A DNA stretch of 32,127 nucleotides from Thelocarpon superellum. Taxonomy: Eukaryota. The notes beneath the pieces were generated by a model. That model was not told the origin of the DNA. It ran no database searches and worked only from the letters and a program-made list of their open reading frames with translations. The position numbers and the translations under genes are program-made. The DNA lies in contig JAPEUG010000184.1 of the NCBI GenBank assembly GCA_026025795.1, positions 1 through 32,127 on the forward strand, written 5' to 3'. Of the stretch, positions 31,168-32,127 are shown one piece after another. The first letter of the stretch is position 1; each line of letters begins with the position of its first letter.

Positions 31168-32127
31168 ATGGCCGACGGGAAACGTGCGGGCGCTGGACCC
31201 AAGGTTCCCGTGGCCACGCCGAATATCGGCGGCATCTCCAACACGGTGTCTCTCGACACGGCCTTGGGGGGATGTCTCGGGGCACGGTGAGGCCCGGATG
31301 ATGTTTTGGACGGCCATGTCCTCCGCGCTGAGCAATATCTGACTTGGTCTCGGGTCGGTGCAGGATCCGCGTCATGACGGCCCTCAACATCCCCCTAGAA
31401 GGGACGCTCTTCGTGGCGGACCCGATCACCAACCTCATCGCCATCAACACGGCTTCTCCTCCTCCGACGCCCATCTCCGCCACTTCTTCCGCACAGCCGG
31501 GTGACTACCACATCCTCCCCATCGCTAGCCTGCAGTCCTTCCAGCTGCTGTCCCTGGCGCCCGAGGCCGTCGGATCAGCAGGGAGTACTACTTTCGACGC
31601 GGCCCTGCCGTCCATCCGCAGCTTGGATATGAGAGCACTCAAGGCGCGAGAACGCGCGGCCGTCGACAAGGAGATCAAGCGGGAGCGGGCGCGGGGTAAG
31701 GGCGTCGGGCGAGAGGCTCAGGAGATTTACGATGCGCTCAGCCGGACGTGAGTTCCGTCGTCATTGGTTGTCCGTGGGTTGGAGCTAGAGCTGACGTGAA
31801 GAACCTAGACTCCCCGTTCGGTGGCACGAACAAAGCATCGTGGTGCTGGACTCGGTCATGATCTCGCCCCCCTACGGCTCGGACGACTGTCGAGCGGCTA
31901 GTAAAGACACGAGTGCGCTGCAGCGGGTGAAGAAGGTGGTGCGTACACCAGTTCAGATCCACCCTCTGTCTTTTCTTTTTCTCTCTCTCTCTCTCTCTCT
32001 CTCTTCCTTGTAGTCGCTGTAATGTTCACGACTGACTGGTGCTAGTTGGAAATGGAGAAGAAGAAGCTCGCCGAACGACACAGTCACAGTAGCAGTGGCG
32101 GCGCCGCCACCACAGCAGCGAACAGAC
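31168..32127 (+). CDS. lsm12: Lsm12-like protein (LSM domain + anticodon-binding AD domain), 3' end outside window
   Basis: Exons 31168-31286, 31364-31747, 31809-31938, 32046->32127. LSM-like RIRVMT...LEGTLFVADPITNLIAI...GDYHILPI; AD domain GKGVGREAQEIYDALSRTLPVRWHEQSIVVLDSVMISPPY...ALQRVKKVLEME. Confidence 0.85.
31968..32009. repeat. (CT)n microsatellite / polypyrimidine tract in lsm12 intron 3
   Basis: ttttcttttt ctctctctctctctctctctctc ttcctt visible. Confidence 0.85.

Overview
Eukaryotic, GC-rich, intron-containing DNA from a filamentous ascomycete (Pezizomycotina-type genes, short GT-AG introns with CTRAY-like branch sites). I reconstructed 12 protein-coding genes by hand: a conserved hypothetical Ser/Pro-rich protein (+), an undivided Mad3/Bub1 checkpoint kinase (-), a DHA1-type MFS transporter (+), an intronless secreted orphan with a possible beta/gamma-crystallin-like motif (+), AP endonuclease Apn1 (+), a cytosolic GH15 hydrolase (-), proteasome beta5/Pre2 (+), a secreted tyrosinase (+), SWI/SNF-RSC subunit Ssr4 (-), an RBM42-like RRM protein (-), 6-phosphogluconate dehydrogenase (+) and an Lsm12-like protein truncated by the window end (+). 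This is mostly housekeeping sequence; I found no transposon, CRISPR array, secondary-metabolite cluster or convincing RNA gene, and no clearly new multi-gene system. The best leads are at splicing level (tandem in-frame acceptors in gnd, a stop-containing 48-nt intron that would turn Bub1 into a Mad3-like isoform, rare GAG/AAG acceptors, a uORF-containing 5'UTR intron) plus the secreted orphan. Exon coordinates were read by eye and not confirmed with RNA data.
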